DNA of 64,000 nucleotides from a phage: sequence record PX393109.1; one strand, 5' to 3'. Shown piece by piece: positions 63,628 to 64,000 of this stretch (position 1 is its first letter; each line of letters starts with the position of its first letter). The notes under the pieces were generated by a model. It saw only the letters and a program-made list of their open reading frames with translations, ran no database searches and was not told where the DNA came from. The position numbers and the translations under genes were made by a program.

Positions 63628-63670
63628 CGCCGCTCTTTTGGAGGGTCGAAAGGCTGTTAAGGTGTCAGAG
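63628..63670 (+). promoter_or_regulatory. conserved intergenic motif copy 13
   Basis: CGCCGCTCTTTTGGAGGGTCGAAAGGCTGTTAAGGTGTCAGAGG. Confidence 0.5.
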
Positions 63671-63721
63671 GGCAACTCTGATTAAGATTGTTAAAACATT
63701 GTTTAAATAGAGATCACAAAG

Positions 63722-64000
63722 ATGACTGAACAAGTTCAAGTTAAGAAGTTAGACGTAGCTGGTATCAAAGCCCTCGCAGGTAAAATGAAAGAGCGTAAAG
63801 AGAAATCCGGTGGTACCGGTAACTTCCCTAACGCGACTTTCCTTCCGGAAGGTAGCCATCAGGGTCGTATCATAACTGACCCCGTCGGTAACCTGTATCG
63901 TGAAGTCCGTACTCACGGTTACTTCAGCTATGGTATTCAGACTCCGTCCGACTGTGAAGATCTGCCGGAAAACTTCAACTATGCCGAGCTGGATGACATG
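63722..64000 (+). CDS. hypothetical protein, 3'-truncated by window end
   Basis: ATG at 63722 downstream of motif copy; open frame to window edge (MTEQVQVKKLDVAGIKAL...). Confidence 0.4.
   Translation, partial: MTEQVQVKKLDVAGIKALAGKMKERKEKSGGTGNFPNATFLPEGSHQGRIITDPVGNLYREVRTHGYFSYGIQTPSDCEDLPENFNYAELDDM

Noticed and set aside
1-64000. CRISPR array, integrase, transposase or IS element
   Set aside because: No regularly spaced direct repeats with unique spacers. No tyrosine/serine recombinase or DDE transposase motifs in any translated ORF. The only repeats are the 13 motif copies, irregularly spaced and gene-associated.

Overview
This 64-kb window is a contiguous piece of a large virulent contractile-tailed phage; no integrase, transposase or CRISPR array is visible. 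All calls come from reading motifs in the supplied translations and the raw sequence; no database search or RNA folding was run. Layout: (1) 1-10981, + strand block of about 27 small early/accessory genes (NADAR, DEDD exonuclease, RyR-domain protein, dUTPase, dCTP-deaminase-like, SleB-like hydrolase), interrupted by a ~500-bp ORF-free structured region. (2) A perfect 15-bp hairpin at ~11.0 kb acts as a convergent bidirectional terminator. (3) 11034-52453, - strand late block: lysis cassette (GH19 endolysin, holin-like, spanin-like), a ~17-kb locus of at least eight fibre/tailspike genes, a Mu/P2-like baseplate, a tape measure carrying a GH19 domain, tube, sheath, major capsid, protease/scaffold, portal and large terminase. 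(4) 52.5-64 kb, + strand block with a SLOG/YpsA-like protein, a GT32-like glycosyltransferase, SF2 and DnaB-like helicases, a RusA-like resolvase, and a ~2-kb RNA island holding tRNA-Arg(UCU) and tRNA-Met(CAU). Most notable are two paralogous ~400-nt ORF-free, GC-rich elements with compensatory hairpin changes (2870-3270 and 56070-56490), a 13-copy + strand intergenic motif (...CGCTCTTTTGTACGGTCGAAAGGCTGTTAAA...), and a candidate anti-defence cluster around the NADAR gene. Gene order and the multi-tailspike locus resemble rV5/phi92-type phages, but that is an unverified inference.
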